Positions 24,485-24,926 of a DNA stretch of 24,926 nt are shown here, piece after piece. Under the pieces are notes generated by a model. The model made no database searches. It had not been told where the DNA came from and saw only the letters and a program-made list of their open reading frames with translations. Source of the DNA: a virus (lineage: Duplodnaviria > Caudoviricetes); the IMG/VR virus record IMGVR_UViG_3300032328_000082, positions 1-24,926 of that record, one strand, 5' to 3'. Numbering within the stretch: position 1 is the stretch's first letter; every line of letters starts with the position of its first letter. A program made the position numbers and the translations under genes.

Positions 24485-24926
24485 TTATACTGTAGGATCT
24501 GATGCTGCGTCTGCATAAGCAACCGCATCAAGTTCTTCCCACTGTAGACCAAAGCGGACGAATACTGTGTATTCAATTGTATCCTTCTTTGGCTTATATT
24601 CACGGTTTACAGTGATATCTCTCTGGAATCCCCAAATACGGTTAGCAGGGAATGTCAAGTCGACATAATCTGCTGGGTAGTAAGGGACTTCTTGTACGTC
24701 AATTCCAAGAACACGTGTTGTACGTGCTCCGCCGAATGTCTGTGCCTGTCCATCAAGGTATGCCTGACGATTGCGCTCTGTACCTGCAGCACGAGGAGCA
24801 AACGCTTCTGCAATAGCATCAGCAAGTGTTCCGTTGTTCTTTACGATACCCTGGAAAGCATCTGTACCTGCGTAGAACTTTAGGTTCTGCTTTAGTGCAC
24901 GATACTTACGTGGCATTGCAAGGATA
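24485..24926 (-). CDS. major capsid protein, HK97 fold (C-terminal part; starts outside the window)
   Basis: 'MPRKYR', 'VLGIDVQEVPYYP', 'LTFPANRIWGFQRDITV' and 'YTVFVRFGLQWEELDAVA' are typical HK97-type C-terminal motifs. The frame is open to the window edge and is followed by a hairpin. Confidence 0.9.
   Translation of the reverse strand, partial: ILAMPRKYRALKQNLKFYAGTDAFQGIVKNNGTLADAIAEAFAPRAAGTERNRQAYLDGQAQTFGGARTTRVLGIDVQEVPYYPADYVDLTFPANRIWGFQRDITVNREYKPKKDTIEYTVFVRFGLQWEELDAVAYADAASDPTV

Noticed and set aside
24474-24490. Two TATAAT hexamers at the capsid stop codon
   Set aside because: They lack the TG extension, arise from GTA-TAA-TAG and AT-rich spacer sequence, and point straight into the hairpin.
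407-24883. Numerous plus-strand ORFs of 60-147 aa (e.g. 16519-16962, 14494-14835, 15283-15627, 17464-17799)
   Set aside because: All lie antisense to well-supported genes, have Ser/Ala/Cys-skewed shadow compositions and show no recognisable motifs.
1-24926. CRISPR array, tRNA, diversity-generating retroelement or alternative genetic code
   Set aside because: Intergenic gaps are all under 80 nt. I saw no repeat-spacer arrays, cloverleaf, reverse transcriptase or template/variable repeat pair, and genes tile the strand under the standard code.

Overview
A gene-dense, AT-rich segment of a tailed (siphovirus-type) bacteriophage genome, with every credible gene on the minus strand. Read in transcription order (right to left), it has the 3' end of an HK97-type major capsid gene, two small head-region genes, four head-tail connector/neck genes, the major tail protein, two tail assembly chaperones, a 2359-aa tape measure protein and six tail-tip genes. 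It then runs directly into a replication module: Zn-ribbon protein, MerR-like HTH protein, two small unknowns, DnaB-like helicase, an inserted 243-aa gene, DnaG-like primase, and a gp32-like ssDNA-binding protein cut by the window edge. From memory, this gene order resembles large actinobacterial siphoviruses (Streptomyces cluster BE/BK-like and low-GC freshwater relatives); this is an inference, not a database result. The most notable observation is the chaperone locus. Instead of one frameshifting G/GT locus there are two paralogous genes: a hard-fused GT-like gene behind a terminator with an apparently leaderless promoter, and a separate G-like gene with a consensus promoter and strong Shine-Dalgarno (SD). 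The tape measure protein also carries a linker-flanked, non-repetitive internal insert of about 340 aa and paired 22-aa and 21-aa repeat arrays. I saw no tRNA, rRNA, CRISPR array, integrase or lysis gene.
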